This document shows, piece after piece, positions 16,980-18,100 of a stretch of DNA of 18,100 nucleotides. The notes beneath the pieces were generated by a model. It was not told where the DNA came from. It ran no database searches and was given only the letters and a program-made list of their open reading frames with translations. Location of the stretch: assembly GCA_964520895.1 (NCBI GenBank), contig CAZFOR010000023.1, positions 1 to 18,100 of the forward strand, in the 5' to 3' direction. Position 1 is the first letter of the stretch, and every line of letters begins with the position of its first letter. Made by a program: the position numbers and the translations under genes. The DNA comes from an uncultured Eubacteriales bacterium (GTDB taxonomy: Bacteria; Bacillota; Clostridia; TANB77; SIG350).

Positions 16980-17348
16980 ATGGCATTAATTATATTATCT
17001 ATCTTCTTATTAATACCTATTATACTTTTAGTTACGATAATATTAATTTCAACTAAAAAATCAACAGAATTATTTGAAAATAAGCTTAGAACTATTTATT
17101 GTTATTTAATATTATTGATATGTATAGTAGCTGTAATAGTATCTGTAATATTATTTGTTAATAACTTAACAGAAGTATTAATTCCAGATATTGAAGAAAC
17201 AAATCCAATATATGAAGGCAACATTGTTAAATCTACAGATAATGATACAAAAATGAACCCATATTATCGTAATTTAATTACATGTGCATTTAGTATATTA
17301 ATATTTGTACCAGTTGGAATATATCATTCAAAGAAAATCAAGAAATAG
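16980..17348 (+). CDS. Small membrane protein, paralogue of the preceding gene
   Basis: MALIILSIFLLIPIILLVTIILIS plus ENKLRTIYCYLILLICIVAVIVSVILFVNNLTEVLIP ... RNLITCAFSILIFVPVGIYHSKKIKK. ATG 16980 follows the preceding stop directly. Confidence 0.7.
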   Translation: MALIILSIFLLIPIILLVTIILISTKKSTELFENKLRTIYCYLILLICIVAVIVSVILFVNNLTEVLIPDIEETNPIYEGNIVKSTDNDTKMNPYYRNLITCAFSILIFVPVGIYHSKKIKK

Positions 17349-17366
17349 ATATTATTAAATATTAAC

Positions 17367-17401
17367 CAAAAACAGAAATAGAAAATCTATTTCTGTTTTT
17401 G
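17367..17401. terminator. Bidirectional terminator between converging genes
   Basis: Perfect 16-bp stem CAAAAACAGAAATAGA-AAA-TCTATTTCTGTTTTTG. Confidence 0.85.
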
Positions 17402-18100
17402 TATTATCTCATTATTATATTTAGCACTGTTTCCTAGTTCATCTTCTATTTGAATTAACCTGTTATATTTTGATACCCTATCTGTTCTACAAGGTGCACC
17501 ACTTTTTATCTGTCCTACATTTAAGGCAACTGCTAAATCTGCAATAGTTGTATCTTCTGTCTCACCTGACCTATGTGATATAACACATTTATATCCATTT
17601 TGCCTTGCATATTCAATTACATCTAAACTTTCTGTTAATGTTCCAATTTGATTTAATTTTATTAATATACTATTAGCAGAATTTTGCTTAATTCCTTTTT
17701 TTAATCTTTGTATATTTGTAACAAAAAGGTCATCACCTACTAGTTGTACTCTATTACCTAGTAAACTAGTTAATTTTGTCCAATTATCGAAATCCTCTTC
17801 TGACAAACAATCTTCTAATGAAATAATAGGATACTTATGTGACAACTCACTAAAATATTCTATCATCTCATTTGGAGTTTTTAATATATTACTTTTCCAA
17901 AAATAGTAATATCCCTCTTTTCCTATTTTTTTTGCTTCTTCATACATTTCAGTTGCAGCAATATCTAGTGCAAACATAAAATCTGTACCTAGTATATATC
18001 CTGCCTTTTCAACTGCTTTTGATAAATACTTTAATGCTTGTTCATCATTTTCTAAATTTGGTGCAAAACCTCCCTCATCTCCAACAGAAGTAGTATACCC
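17387..18100 (-). CDS. eno: Enolase (N-terminus beyond the window edge)
   Basis: The frame continues upstream of the listed ORF start to 18100: [55 protein letters not shown]..; [42 protein letters not shown]. Confidence 0.97.
   Translation of the reverse strand, partial: GYTTSVGDEGGFAPNLENDEQALKYLSKAVEKAGYILGTDFMFALDIAATEMYEEAKKIGKEGYYYFWKSNILKTPNEMIEYFSELSHKYPIISLEDCLSEEDFDNWTKLTSLLGNRVQLVGDDLFVTNIQRLKKGIKQNSANSILIKLNQIGTLTESLDVIEYARQNGYKCVISHRSGETEDTTIADLAVALNVGQIKSGAPCRTDRVSKYNRLIQIEDELGNSAKYNNEIIQKQK

Noticed and set aside
16738-16986. Minus-strand ORF opposite the tandem membrane proteins
   Set aside because: Antisense to a better supported gene with promoter and RBS; no recognisable domain.
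1-18100. CRISPR arrays, tRNA/rRNA genes, transposases or prophage genes
   Set aside because: None seen on either strand; the only clear direct repeat is the pair of 53-nt terminators.

Overview
Very AT-rich, low-GC Firmicutes/Clostridia-like chromosomal window, mostly coding on the minus strand. From high to low coordinate it holds: enolase (5' partial at the window edge), two tandem paralogous small membrane proteins (+), an anti-sigma-type ATPase, rpmB/L28 (+), the sporulation operon spoIIAA-spoIIAB-sigF, a murL-like epimerase, an AAA/DUF4143 ATPase, an ABC exporter, a small two-TM protein followed by valS, a small deoxyribosyltransferase-like protein, a GNAT acetyltransferase, a large mTERF-like repeat protein, argS and a polysaccharide deacetylase. 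The most striking observation concerns the codon CGG. It appears in frame in only three genes (spoIIAA, the small membrane protein upstream of valS, and the DUF4143 ATPase). In each of the three, the ORF degenerates and stops shortly after the CGG. In each, skipping exactly the C of that CGG (CGGN read as +1-shifted GGN) restores a full-length product; for SpoIIAA and DUF4143 the restored tail is the expected family C-terminus. I found no other in-frame CGG by manual scan, while AGA, AGG, CGA and CGT are all used as Arg. This suggests +1 frameshifting or four-base decoding at CGG as a systematic decoding feature of this organism. Other points of interest are the mTERF-like solenoid protein, a near-identical 53-nt terminator repeat flanking the DUF4143 gene, an enolase stop codon embedded in a perfect bidirectional terminator, back-to-back promoters with overlapping -35 boxes, and a 10-bp inverted repeat upstream of spoIIAA.
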